Under the pieces are notes generated by a model that searched no databases, had not been told where the DNA came from, and saw only the letters and a program-made list of their open reading frames with translations. A DNA stretch of 64,000 nt from Minisyncoccota bacterium (GTDB lineage: Bacteria > Patescibacteriota > Patescibacteriia > SG8-24 > DYFX01): the NCBI GenBank assembly GCA_052034355.1, contig JBPOIQ010000002.1, positions 1,555 to 65,554 of the forward strand, given 5' to 3'. Positions 38,210-47,855 of this stretch are shown piece after piece (position 1 is the stretch's first letter; each line of letters starts with the position of its first letter). Both the position numbers and the translations under genes were made by a program.

Positions 38210-40922
38210 CCGCGCCTGGCATGCGCTCGATGCCGATGAAGCGCTCAAGGAGCTGGCTTCTTCGGTGGAGGGGCTGACGGATGAAGAAGCGGCCTCGCGG
38301 CTTGCAACCTACGGTCCGAACGAACTTCCCGCAGAAGCTTCGACTTCGCGGCTTTTCCTGTTTCTGAAGCAATTCAAAAGCGCGCTTGTGTACGTGCTTT
38401 TTGTGGCTGCCGCGGTTTCATTTTTTTCGGGCCATGCGCTCGATGCCGCGGCGATCGGCTTGATCGTTTTCGCGAACGCGCTTATCGGATATGCGCAAGA
38501 ACGCAAGGCGGAAGCCGCGATCGCCAAGCTCAAGGCGATGGTCGTGCCGACCGTGACGGTGAAGCGTAATGATCACACCGTACGTATCGAATCTTCAAAG
38601 CTCGTACCGGGAGACATCGTGCTGATCGCGCAAGGCGATCGCATCGCGGCGGATCTGCGGCTCGTGAGCTCGCGCGATCTTGAAATCGACGAAGCGGCGC
38701 TGACCGGAGAATCGCTCCCTTCTTCCAAGAAGACCGCTTCGGTCGCGCAAGACGCCGTACTCGGCGATCGATCTTCGATGGCGTTCATGGGCACGCTCGT
38801 GGTTTCCGGCGAGGGGGCGGGTGTCGTCATCGCAACGGGCCGCGCCACGGCCTTTGGGCAGATTGCCCAATCGTTGTCCGTCATCAAACGCGAGCAGACG
38901 CCGCTTGAGCGGCGTGTGAATAGACTGGGTGGTGGTTTAGCGATCGCTGCCGTCGTATCCGCCGGCATCATCTTCTTTATCGGCGTTCGGCAGGGACTTG
39001 AACCGCTCGACATGTTCCTGGTCGCGATTGCGATGGCCGTGTCGAGTATTCCGGAAGGCTTGCCGGCCGTCCTCGCCGTCGTGCTCGCGATTGGCGTCCA
39101 ACGTATGGCGCGGCGCAGCGCGATTACGCGCCGTTTGCCGGCGGTTGAAACCCTCGGGACGGTCGATATTATTTGCACTGACAAGACGGGTACGCTGACG
39201 GAAAACCAAATGACCGTGCGCACGGTTTTCACCTTGACGCACGAGATCGCGGTGACGGGCGAAGGATGGGCGCCAAAAGGCGAGTTCTTGATCGCGGGCG
39301 CGAGAGCCACTCCGGCGGAGCATCCTTCGTTTTTGCATCTTCTGCGCGTGGCGGCGTTGTGTAACCATGCGGCGGTTGAAGAGCGTGATATGCGTTGGGC
39401 GGCCTCCGGCGATCCGACGGAAGCTGCGCTGGTCGTCTTGGCCGGCAAGGGCGGTTACGAAAAAAACGACTTGCTGCGCGCAGAGCGTACGCTCGATGAA
39501 ATTTTGTTCACGTCGGAGCGGAAGTATCGGGCAATTTTGCATGAGTACGTCGCTCCAGGCGATCAACCGACGCGCGAGATCATGATCATCGGAGCCGCTG
39601 AAGTCATTCTCAATATGGCGGCCTCGGCGGCAGAACAAGGGACATCGCATCCGCTGACGCCGGCGACGCGCGCGAAATTGGAAGCCGGCGCGCGCTCCAT
39701 GGCCGACGGCGCGCTTCGCGTGCTCGCGGTCGCGTACAAGCGCGTCGATGCGGTAAAGGCGGAATTGCATGAAAAAGACCTGCACGGACTGACGGTTCTC
39801 GGTCTTGTAGGCATGATCGATCCTCCGCGCAAAGACGTGCGCGAAGCGATCATGTCCTGCAAACGCGCGGGGATCAGAGTAATCATGAACACGGGGGATC
39901 ATCGCGATACGGCCGTCGCGATTGCGCGCGAAGTCGGAATTTTGGAGCGCGCCGAAGATCTCAACGGGAAGGTTTTTACGGATGATGACGTCGTGGCGAT
40001 GTCCGACGCGCGCCTGCGTGAGGCGCTGGGGCACGCTGCAGTCTTCGCCCGTGTTTCGCCGCAAACCAAGCTTCGTATCGTAAGCGCCCTTCAGGCGCTT
40101 GGACATACGGTGGCCATGACCGGCGACGGCATCAACGACGCGCCGGCGCTCAAACGGGCCGATATTGGCGTCGCGATGGGGATCACAGGCACGGACGTGA
40201 CGAAAGAAGTCGCGGAAATGGTGCTGACCGACGATAATTTCGTTTCCATTGTCGCGGCGGTTGAAGAAGGTCGTATCGTGTACCGCAACGTCAAGCAAAC
40301 CGTGGCGTATCTTGTCATGACGAACGTCGGAGAAGTCGTGACGATTCTTGCCGCGCTCGTGCTGGCCTTGCCGATCCCGCTCCTGCCCGCGCAGATTTTA
40401 TGGCTCAATCTCGTGACGGACGGCTTTACGGGCGTCGCGCTCGCCGCCGAACGTCAGCACGGCGACGAGTTGTCGCAGCCTCCGCGGCGCAAAGACGCGC
40501 GCATGCTTTCTCGCAGCGTTTTCGTACTGACGGCATTTACGTCCACGCTTATGGCGGCGGGCACGTTGCTCATGTTCGGTTGGGCCGATCAGCGCGATGG
40601 TGAAGCCTATGCCCGCACCGTAGCGTTCCTTGCGATGACGTTCTTCCAGCTCTGGAACGTGTTCAGCTTGAGGTCCGTCACGGCTTCTGTATTCACGCTC
40701 GGTTTCAGGGCGAACCGGTGGGTTCCGGTCGGCGTTTCCGTTTCGATCGCGCTAGCCGCGCTCATCATCTATGTGCCGGCTCTGCAGAAAGTTTTTGGTC
40801 TCGCTGCCGTCGGTTGGAAGGAATGGGCGCTTGCGGTCGTTGTCAGTTCCTCCGTGCTTTGGCTTGTCGAAGGATGGAAAATCTTGATCCGTCTCGGCGT
40901 CATTCCGAAGCGCTGGCTCTAG
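38193..40922 (+). CDS. P2-type cation-transporting ATPase (Ca2+-like)
   Basis: TGES, PEGL, DKTGT, DPPR, TGD, TGDGINDAPALK, LWLNLVTD. Confidence 0.96.
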   Translation: MKKNSDRAWHALDADEALKELASSVEGLTDEEAASRLATYGPNELPAEASTSRLFLFLKQFKSALVYVLFVAAAVSFFSGHALDAAAIGLIVFANALIGYAQERKAEAAIAKLKAMVVPTVTVKRNDHTVRIESSKLVPGDIVLIAQGDRIAADLRLVSSRDLEIDEAALTGESLPSSKKTASVAQDAVLGDRSSMAFMGTLVVSGEGAGVVIATGRATAFGQIAQSLSVIKREQTPLERRVNRLGGGLAIAAVVSAGIIFFIGVRQGLEPLDMFLVAIAMAVSSIPEGLPAVLAVVLAIGVQRMARRSAITRRLPAVETLGTVDIICTDKTGTLTENQMTVRTVFTLTHEIAVTGEGWAPKGEFLIAGARATPAEHPSFLHLLRVAALCNHAAVEERDMRWAASGDPTEAALVVLAGKGGYEKNDLLRAERTLDEILFTSERKYRAILHEYVAPGDQPTREIMIIGAAEVILNMAASAAEQGTSHPLTPATRAKLEAGARSMADGALRVLAVAYKRVDAVKAELHEKDLHGLTVLGLVGMIDPPRKDVREAIMSCKRAGIRVIMNTGDHRDTAVAIAREVGILERAEDLNGKVFTDDDVVAMSDARLREALGHAAVFARVSPQTKLRIVSALQALGHTVAMTGDGINDAPALKRADIGVAMGITGTDVTKEVAEMVLTDDNFVSIVAAVEEGRIVYRNVKQTVAYLVMTNVGEVVTILAALVLALPIPLLPAQILWLNLVTDGFTGVALAAERQHGDELSQPPRRKDARMLSRSVFVLTAFTSTLMAAGTLLMFGWADQRDGEAYARTVAFLAMTFFQLWNVFSLRSVTASVFTLGFRANRWVPVGVSVSIALAALIIYVPALQKVFGLAAVGWKEWALAVVVSSSVLWLVEGWKILIRLGVIPKRWL

Positions 40923-40970
40923 ATTGACGCGAGAGTGTTTCCGTGCAATCCTGCACGGGAGGAGGATCGT

Positions 40971-41500
40971 ATGAGCATTGCCGCTCCCGAAGGAAAAAAC
41001 GCGCTGACGCGCTCGATTGATCTCGTCTTCGTTGCGAAGAAGGCATGTGAGCGTCTCCGCACGTCGTGGCTCGGATTCTGGCTGGGCTCGTTTCGGAGGA
41101 AGTCGTGAATCGATCGCGGCTGCGCGGTCTGAACCTTTCGCTTCTCGCCGCCTCGATCGCTCTCACGGTCGAAGAAGCTTCCGCGCGCGGCGAGCCGGTT
41201 GCGATCATGGACATCGATCGGCCCGAACCGCGCCAAGGCGCGACGGGCAAGACGGTACCGATCGTGATCATCCTGCGAACCGTCCCCGAGGAGACGGAGC
41301 CGTTCATGGCGATCGAAGATCTGATCCGGAACGGAAACGGTTTCCGCGCTTCCCTCGCGCACTTGCAGGTTCGTCGTTCGCCGATGCCGACGCGCGCCGC
41401 GCTGTCGCCCAAAGCGCGGCGCAAGATCGATCCGACCAAACCCCTCAAACCCAAGCCGCCAGCGCGCAAACCGCCGCTGCGCCGCAAACGCAGGCCCTGA
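40971..41500 (+). other. SD-led coding region: 45-aa ORF 40971-41108 plus overlapping ORF 41105(or 41066)-41500, or one frameshifted gene
   Basis: GGAGGAGG before ATG 40971; GGAGG before GTG 41105 overlapping the TGA; terminator follows. Confidence 0.45.
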
Positions 41501-41518
41501 GACTCAGGGCTTTTTTTT
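41493..41518 (+). terminator. intrinsic terminator
   Basis: GCCCTGAG/CTCAGGGC palindrome followed by T8. Confidence 0.75.
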
Positions 41519-41561
41519 ACAGCCTTCGTTTCCGCTATGTGTTTCGCGAGGCCGTGCGGCA

Positions 41562-42470
41562 CTATTTAAACAGCTTGTCGGCGTCGGACATGAAGGTGTC
41601 TGGTGTCGAAGTGATGAGACTTTCGCCTCTGCGTTGAGCCTCCTTGTAAAGCTCGTTCATGACGCCTATTTGCTGAAACATCGATTTACCGGCGAATTTT
41701 TCAGGAAACAGATTGAACGGCGTTAATTGATTGGTGTCCATATAGTATTGCGTCGGATCGGTTCGATCGACATACACCGGTACGGTCTTCGCTCCGAGGC
41801 GTAGGGGATTGATCGCTCCGGGCTTTGATCCAATCAGTTTTCCGTTGTAGGTGCGCGAAGCGCCGGAAAGAGGGTCGATCGCCGTGGCGCTGATATTCCA
41901 GCCCGCTCGCGATTGAAGCTCTTGGGGCATGACCGTCGTTTCCTGAATGCTCTTGATGGCGCTTACCTCCGTGATCGTTGCGTCCACGCGCGCTCCGTCG
42001 CGCAGGAAACGTTTCCTCTTCTGTACGGCGAGACGGCCTGCGAAACCGATCATCAAAAAGACAAGAAAACCGACGAAGGATCCGATCGGGGCGAGCCATA
42101 GCGCGGAGAATGAATTGATCTCGGCGCTTTCAGGTCGTTTGGGGTTGTAGAGCACGTCAACGCGCTGACCGATTTTAGGAAATTCCCCCATACTGAGACC
42201 AGACGTGAAGGTGTATGTCTTTCTGTCCGGAGTCGCGAACGTGACAATGGGCGCATAGGTCACGGAATAATGGCTCCTTGTACCACTGACGCGGCCGCGG
42301 CGCTCCTCAATGCCGGTGATCTGTCCATTCGCCTTCTCTCCGCTAACCGTATAGAAAGCACCTCCTGTAAAGACAAGGAAGCCAAAAAGAAAAAATACGG
42401 CACCGCCGAGACCGAAGATCATGGCTTGCATGTTGGGGTCGCGATTGAGCTTACTCTCCAGTGTTTTCAT
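41562..42470 (-). CDS. DUF3592-like membrane protein
   Basis: TM - G.I....Y.P.V.F...G..V.V.Y.P..P..A - TM, then a second similar beta domain. Confidence 0.75.
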   Translation of the reverse strand: MKTLESKLNRDPNMQAMIFGLGGAVFFLFGFLVFTGGAFYTVSGEKANGQITGIEERRGRVSGTRSHYSVTYAPIVTFATPDRKTYTFTSGLSMGEFPKIGQRVDVLYNPKRPESAEINSFSALWLAPIGSFVGFLVFLMIGFAGRLAVQKRKRFLRDGARVDATITEVSAIKSIQETTVMPQELQSRAGWNISATAIDPLSGASRTYNGKLIGSKPGAINPLRLGAKTVPVYVDRTDPTQYYMDTNQLTPFNLFPEKFAGKSMFQQIGVMNELYKEAQRRGESLITSTPDTFMSDADKLFK

Positions 42471-42487
42471 AGTCACTTCAGTTTATC

Positions 42488-42512
42488 AAAAAAGAGGACT
42501 CGTGACGAGTCC
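42488..42512 (-). terminator. intrinsic terminator (minus strand)
   Basis: GGACTCG-tca-CGAGTCC followed by TCTTTTTT on minus strand. Confidence 0.65.
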
Positions 42513-42600
42513 ACCGAGAAATACCGATCCTGCATCGAGGTTCCCGTTACACGAGCGAACCTCAAGCAAGTACTGCGCACTGTTGAAGGTTTGTTGCGGC

Positions 42601-42877
42601 AAAAAAATAAAACGGACTTCGCACGGGAAGTCCGTCAGAGACAGGCCCGAAGGCCCCTGTTCTTGGCGTCGAAGGCCTTGCGACGAGCGTCGCTGTGGCC
42701 CGGACGGAAGCGGTTCTCGACCATTGCAACGGCAGAAAGCCATTGCAGGGAGGGCACGCTTGCGTACGCCGCTCATTGGTTCGCCGTGGCCGTGCTCTTG
42801 AGGGGGAGGCAGAGCACAACACTTCGGCGTTCCATGAGAGAGAACAGTCGCCTGGCCGACACGCGGCCTTCTTTGAT
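42601..42877 (-). ncRNA. candidate ~275-nt structured RNA, family not recognised
   Basis: TTGACA-17-TAGAAC at 42912-42884; at least five hairpins; terminator ACGGACTTC/GAAGTCCGT+T-tract. Confidence 0.45.
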
Positions 42878-42908
42878 AGGTACGTTCTAGCAGATCGCCG
42901 CCGGGCTG

Positions 42909-43367
42909 TCAAGAGAGGCCGGCGAGGGCGATCGGCAGGGCTCGAAGATGGATCCATTCGAGCGCGAAGCCGAAGAGGAACCAGAGGCCGACGTATTCCG
43001 GCTTGATGTACCGCCAGATCCGCCAGGACGACTTGCGGTAGCGCCACGGGCATTCGCCGACGGTCTCTTCCAGGATGAAACCCCACGAGAATTCGAACAG
43101 GTAGGTGCAGAAGGCGTAGAACACGCCGCGCTGCCACCAGGCATAGCCGTAGAAGTTCGGCCACGCCTCGTCCATGATGTTGAACGCGAAGGTCGCCGAG
43201 ACGGCGTACACTGGGAAACTCCACAGGTTGGTGCAGCAGGGGAGCTTCCAGTCGACCTTCTCCTTTCGCCAGAGGCTGCGGACGACGTTGCCGATGCCGA
43301 TGAAGATGTCTTCGGCCGAGAAGGCCAGGACGGTGTAGAGAACGAGTTCGATGAGATGTGAACGCAC
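42909..43367 (-). CDS. TMEM229/ABC_trans_CmpB-like membrane protein (SD-led)
   Basis: LWSFPVY, RG..YA...Y..EF..G..L, CPW.Y, Y..LWF..G...E; GGAGGT before GTG. Confidence 0.75.
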   Translation of the reverse strand: MRSHLIELVLYTVLAFSAEDIFIGIGNVVRSLWRKEKVDWKLPCCTNLWSFPVYAVSATFAFNIMDEAWPNFYGYAWWQRGVFYAFCTYLFEFSWGFILEETVGECPWRYRKSSWRIWRYIKPEYVGLWFLFGFALEWIHLRALPIALAGLS

Positions 43368-43426
43368 GTGGACCTCCGCCTGCACCATTGCGGATTTTGC
43401 CTGAAATGTCAAGCTTGGAACCCTTC

Positions 43427-43464
43427 TTGACGACTCGTTAGCACTCGTATATTCTGAGTGCTAG
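43427..43464 (+). promoter_or_regulatory. CIRCE operator overlapping sigma70 promoter of hrcA
   Basis: TTAGCACTC-N9-GAGTGCTAG at 43438-43464; TTGACG-17-TATTCT at 43427-43455. Confidence 0.93.
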
Positions 43465-43469
43465 AAACT

Positions 43470-44159
43470 ATGGAACAGCTTGATTCTCGCCAGGAAATCC
43501 TGCTGAAACTCACCGTCCGACGCTTCATCCAAAGCGCCGAGCTGGTCGGTTCGGCGTGGCTGGCCGATGAATCCGGCCTGGACGTCTCCTCGGCGACGAT
43601 CCGAAACGAACTCGCGGCGCTCGAAGAACAAGGATTCCTGCTCCAGCCACATACGTCAGCCGGACGCGCGCCCAGCGAAAAAGGCTACCGCTATTACGTC
43701 GACCGCTTCCTCGAAAGGAAAAAGCCCGGTCCTGCCGCGATGCACGCGCTTGTCGAAGCGGTGAAAGCCGCCGAAGAGGAAGATGACAAGCTGCGCCGCG
43801 TCGCCAAGGCGCTCGCCGAACTCGCGAACGAATCGGCGCTCGCCGCCTTCGCTCCGCGCGACGTCTACTACACCGGCCTCTCCAATTTGTTCGCGAAGCC
43901 CGAGTTCAAACAACTCTCGCTCGTTGCCTCGATGTCGCGCGTGCTCGATCATCTCGACGAGACGATGGAAAAGATGTTCCCGGAAGTCGGCTCCGACGCG
44001 CGCATCCTGATCGGTTCGGAAAATCCCTTCGGCGCCGAATGCGGGCTTCTCGTCGTGCGCTCGCCGATCGGCCTGCTCGGCCTCCTTGGCCCGATGCGCA
44101 TGGACTACGACACCGATCTCGCCCTTCTTGAAACAGCCGTTGAAACGCTCAAAAACTGA
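43470..44159 (+). CDS. hrcA: heat-inducible transcription repressor HrcA (short form)
   Basis: VGS, SSATIRNEL..LE..G.L.QPHTSAGR.PS.KGYR.YVD, IG.EN, LGPMRMDY. Confidence 0.95.
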   Translation: MEQLDSRQEILLKLTVRRFIQSAELVGSAWLADESGLDVSSATIRNELAALEEQGFLLQPHTSAGRAPSEKGYRYYVDRFLERKKPGPAAMHALVEAVKAAEEEDDKLRRVAKALAELANESALAAFAPRDVYYTGLSNLFAKPEFKQLSLVASMSRVLDHLDETMEKMFPEVGSDARILIGSENPFGAECGLLVVRSPIGLLGLLGPMRMDYDTDLALLETAVETLKN

Positions 44160-44169
44160 ACCCACCCAA

Positions 44170-44248
44170 TGTCATTCTGAGCGAAGCGAAGAATCTGCTT
44201 TCTTCCCCGGAAGAATAAAACAGATCCTTCACTGCGTTCAGGATGACA
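44170..44248. repeat. REP-like palindromic element
   Basis: TGTCATTCTGAGCG..GAAGAATCTG / CAGATCCTTC..CGTTCAGGATGACA inverted arms. Confidence 0.8.
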
Positions 44249-44258
44249 TAACAAATAT

Positions 44259-44765
44259 ATGTCTGACGAAGAAAAGAAAACTGAAGAACAGACGCAAGAC
44301 GACTTCGTTGAAAAAACTCCCGTCACGTCGGCAGAAGAAAAATGCGTCGAGTTGGAACTCAACTGGAAGCGCGCGCTCGCCGACTACCAGAACCTGAAAA
44401 AAGACGTCGCGCGCGAACGCGCCGAGATGGGGCAGTACGCCACCCTCCGCGTCGTCGAACGCTTCCTGCCCGTCTTCGACAACTTCAATACCGCCATGGA
44501 GCACATGCCGAAGTCCGACGACAAGACGGTCGTGAACTGGGCGGTCGGTGTCGGCTTTATCCAAAAGCAGCTCGAAGAAGCGCTCCGCGACCTCGGCCTC
44601 ACGATGATCAAGACGATCGGAGAAGCCTTCGATGCCACCAAGCACGAAGCGGTCGGCGAAGAAGAAAGCGACAAGACGCACGGCACGATCCTGAAAGAGG
44701 TTCAAGCCGGCTACGAGATCAACGGGAAGACGGTGCGGCCGGCGAAAGTGATCGTCGCGAAATAA
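44259..44765 (+). CDS. grpE: nucleotide exchange factor GrpE
   Basis: RA.ADY.N.KK, FLPV.DNF, GE.FD...HEAV, GY...G...RPA.V.V. Confidence 0.95.
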   Translation: MSDEEKKTEEQTQDDFVEKTPVTSAEEKCVELELNWKRALADYQNLKKDVARERAEMGQYATLRVVERFLPVFDNFNTAMEHMPKSDDKTVVNWAVGVGFIQKQLEEALRDLGLTMIKTIGEAFDATKHEAVGEEESDKTHGTILKEVQAGYEINGKTVRPAKVIVAK

Positions 44766-44788
44766 AAGGGCGCGACCTTGCGCGACGA

Positions 44789-44822
44789 TCATCCTGAGCG
44801 AGCCGCGCGAGTCGAAGGATCC
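44789..44822. repeat. single arm of the same REP-like family
   Basis: TCATCCTGAGCGAG..GCGAGTCGAAGGATC resembles the left arm at 44171. Confidence 0.55.
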
Positions 44823-44844
44823 GTGGTTCTAAAACGATAAACAA

Positions 44845-45144
44845 ATGCATATGTTGCTCAAAAGCGATCTTGAATGGGACGAAGAATACGAAAAGCACAG
44901 CTTCTCTTTCAAAGAGTGGCCGAAGTTCCTGATGTTTTTCCGCTTGAGCGGCGACTCGCTCGTGACCGTCCCGACCCGCGTCGTCGGCGACAAAGGCACC
45001 GAAATGCGCGACCAAAAAATCCGCCTGGCAGACCTCCCGAAGCACAAAGCGGGACTCAACAGCATCAAGCTGAGCGTGCAGACGCAGAATAAACTAGTGA
45101 AGTTTGATACGGTCGGGGCTAGCTTCAAGGCGTTGGCGAAGTGA
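44845..45144 (+). CDS. hypothetical protein, 99 aa
   Basis: ORF within heat-shock operon, A-rich start context. Confidence 0.6.
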   Translation: MHMLLKSDLEWDEEYEKHSFSFKEWPKFLMFFRLSGDSLVTVPTRVVGDKGTEMRDQKIRLADLPKHKAGLNSIKLSVQTQNKLVKFDTVGASFKALAK

Positions 45145-45166
45145 TTGCGAATTAGCTCAGATCACT

Positions 45167-45445
45167 ATGTATAAGGTTATCGTTTTTTCTGAGACCATTC
45201 ATAAGCCAGAAAGTCGCAAAGGCGGCAGTTTTGCTGTTGAGGTAAGTGAGGATTTTGGAGATGAGAGTAATATCGATGCCAAAATCAAAGAAACAGCTGC
45301 CAAGGTTAGCTTCACATCCAACGAAGGAACATTCTGGGTTGTACTAGAAGGTAACGGTCTGATCTTGCAGGGTACTGTTCAGGACGTTAACCACGATGCG
45401 GAACATTTTGAGATTTTGGAGAAAGTGTCGGTGAGAACTTTGTAA
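45167..45445 (+). CDS. hypothetical protein, 92 aa, AT-rich
   Basis: ATG in ACTATG context; stop 1 nt before hsp20; visibly lower GC. Confidence 0.6.
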   Translation: MYKVIVFSETIHKPESRKGGSFAVEVSEDFGDESNIDAKIKETAAKVSFTSNEGTFWVVLEGNGLILQGTVQDVNHDAEHFEILEKVSVRTL

Positions 45446-45446
45446 T

Positions 45447-45851
45447 ATGTCCCTCCTCCCAAAAAACCAGAACCCTCTCGAAGACTTGGATCGAGGTCTC
45501 ATGGATCTCTCCAAAGGCTTCATCCCAGCGGTCGACGTCTATGAAAACGGCAACGATATCGTTGTCGAGACGGCGCTTGCGGGCGTTGATCCGAAAGACG
45601 TCGAAGTCACGGTCGAAGGCGGCGTGCTGACGCTTCGCGGCAAAACAGAGCACCGCAAGGAAGTCGACGAGAAGGATTATCTCTATAAGGAAGTCCGCTA
45701 CGGCGCCTTCCAGCGCAAGATCGCCCTGCCCGCGCCGGTCATCGGTGAGAAAGCGGAAGCGACCTCCGAGCACGGACTCCTGCGCATCACCATTCCGAAA
45801 GCCGACGAAGGGGAGAAGAAAGAAATTAAGATTGAAGTGAAGGGGAAATAA
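45447..45851 (+). CDS. Hsp20/alpha-crystallin small heat-shock protein
   Basis: PAVDVYE, LAGV...DV, L.LRG, E.RYG.FQR.I.LP, GLL.I.IPK. Confidence 0.93.
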   Translation: MSLLPKNQNPLEDLDRGLMDLSKGFIPAVDVYENGNDIVVETALAGVDPKDVEVTVEGGVLTLRGKTEHRKEVDEKDYLYKEVRYGAFQRKIALPAPVIGEKAEATSEHGLLRITIPKADEGEKKEIKIEVKGK

Positions 45852-45858
45852 CCAATAA

Positions 45859-45937
45859 CCACCCCGGCGGAGGCCGGGGTCCACGCTCTAACGATTCAAA
45901 CACCTCTAGTGCTGGATCCCGGCCTCCGCCGGGATGG
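45859..45937. repeat. REP-like palindromic element, second family
   Basis: 25-bp arms CCACCCCGGCGGAGGCCGGGGTCCA / TGGATCCCGGCCTCCGCCGGGATGG (2 wobble mismatches), each arm itself a hairpin. Confidence 0.85.
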
Positions 45938-45958
45938 AATGACATCAACTACACACAT

Positions 45959-47845
45959 ATGCCTAAAATTCTCGGTATCGACCTCGGTACGACAAACTCC
46001 TGCATGGCCGTCATCGAAGGCGGTCAGCCGAAGGTGCTCGAAAACAAAGAAGGCGCGCGCACGACGCCGTCGATGCTGGCGATCTCCAAAGCGGGGGAGC
46101 GCCTCGTTGGACTTCTCGCCAAGCGCCAGGCCGTCGTCAACCCGACCAACACCATCTACTCCGTGAAACGTTTGATCGGACGCCGTTGGGAAGATCCGGA
46201 AGTGCAGCGCGACGCCAAGCTCTTCCCGTTCAAACTGACGAAGTCGGGCGAAGGCGCGAAGATCGTCATGGGCGATAAGGAATACTCGCCGCAAGAAATC
46301 TCGGCGATGATTCTTCAAAAACTCAAAGCGGACGCCGAAGAAAAAATCGGCGAGAAGATCGAGGAAGCCGTCATCACCGTGCCGGCCTACTTCGACGACG
46401 CCCAGCGCCAAGCCACGAAAGACGCGGGCGAAATCGCCGGCCTCAAAGTGCGCCGCATCATCAACGAACCGACGGCTGCCGCACTCGCCTACGGTTTCGA
46501 CAAGAAGAAAGATGAAAAGATCGTCGTCTACGACCTGGGTGGCGGCACGTTCGACGTCTCGGTACTCGAAGTTTCCGCCGACACCGTTGAAGTGAAAGCC
46601 ACGAATGGCGACACGCATCTCGGCGGCGACGACTTCGATCAGCGCCTCATCACCTGGATCGTCGAAGAATTCAAGAAAGCCGAAGGCGTCGATCTCTCCA
46701 AGGATCCGCTCGCTTTGCAGCGCATCAAGGAGGCCGCCGAAAAAGCCAAGATCGAACTCTCGACCGCGGCCACGTCCGAAATCAACCAGCCGTTCATCGC
46801 CTCCGACCCGGCCACCGGCCCCAAGCATCTCGTCATGACGCTCTCGCGCTCCAAGCTCGAAGAGCTCGTCGGCGACCTCGTCGAAAAGACGCTCGAACCG
46901 ACGAAGAAAGCCTTGGCCGACGCCAAACTTTCCGTCTCCGACATCAACGAGATCGTGATGGTTGGTGGTATGACGCGCATGCCGCTCGTCCTCGCCACCG
47001 TCGAAAAATTCTTCGGCAAGAAGCCGAACGTTTCGGTGAACCCGGACGAAGTCGTCGCGATCGGCGCGGCAGTCCAAGGTGGCGTCTTCCAAGGCGACGT
47101 CAAAGACGTCTTGCTTCTCGACGTCACTCCGCTGTCGCTCGGTCTTGAAACGATGGGTGGTGTCTCGACAAAACTGATCGAGCGCAACACCACGATCCCG
47201 ACGGCCAAAACGCAGGTCTTCTCGACCGCGGCCGACAACCAGCCGGGCGTCGAAATCCACGTCCTCCAGGGCGAGCGCGAAATGGCGGCCGACAACAAGT
47301 CACTCGGACGCTTCATGCTCGACGGCATCCCGCCGGCACCGCGCGGTGTGCCGCAAATCGAAGTCACTTTCGATATCGACGCCAACGGTATCCTGAACGT
47401 GAAGGCGAAGGATAAAGCTTCGGGCAAGGAACAGAAAATCACCATCACCGCCTCGACCGGCCTCTCCAAGGAAGAAGTCGAGCGCATGAAGAAGGACGCC
47501 GAGATTCACGCTTCGGAGGACAAAGCCAAGCGCGAGATGGCCGACCTCAAGAACAACGCCGAGACGATGGTGCACACCACCGAAAAGATGCTCAAGGACA
47601 TGGGCGAGAAGATGAAACCGGAAGACAAGAAAGCACTCGAAGAAAAACTCTCCGCGCTCAAAGCGGTAAAGGACGGCGCCGACCAGGAAGCAATCAAGAA
47701 AGCCGCGAATGAACTCACCGACCTCGCGCAAAAAATCGGTGGAGAAATGTACAAAGAAAATCCTCCAGCGGGCGAGGCTTCGAACGCCGACAAGAAAGAA
47801 GGCGACGGACCGATCGAAGGCGAAGTCGTCGATAAGAAGGAATAA
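45959..47845 (+). CDS. dnaK: chaperone DnaK
   Basis: [37 protein letters not shown]. Confidence 0.99.
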   Translation: MPKILGIDLGTTNSCMAVIEGGQPKVLENKEGARTTPSMLAISKAGERLVGLLAKRQAVVNPTNTIYSVKRLIGRRWEDPEVQRDAKLFPFKLTKSGEGAKIVMGDKEYSPQEISAMILQKLKADAEEKIGEKIEEAVITVPAYFDDAQRQATKDAGEIAGLKVRRIINEPTAAALAYGFDKKKDEKIVVYDLGGGTFDVSVLEVSADTVEVKATNGDTHLGGDDFDQRLITWIVEEFKKAEGVDLSKDPLALQRIKEAAEKAKIELSTAATSEINQPFIASDPATGPKHLVMTLSRSKLEELVGDLVEKTLEPTKKALADAKLSVSDINEIVMVGGMTRMPLVLATVEKFFGKKPNVSVNPDEVVAIGAAVQGGVFQGDVKDVLLLDVTPLSLGLETMGGVSTKLIERNTTIPTAKTQVFSTAADNQPGVEIHVLQGEREMAADNKSLGRFMLDGIPPAPRGVPQIEVTFDIDANGILNVKAKDKASGKEQKITITASTGLSKEEVERMKKDAEIHASEDKAKREMADLKNNAETMVHTTEKMLKDMGEKMKPEDKKALEEKLSALKAVKDGADQEAIKKAANELTDLAQKIGGEMYKENPPAGEASNADKKEGDGPIEGEVVDKKE

Positions 47846-47855
47846 AAAAGCGCCT

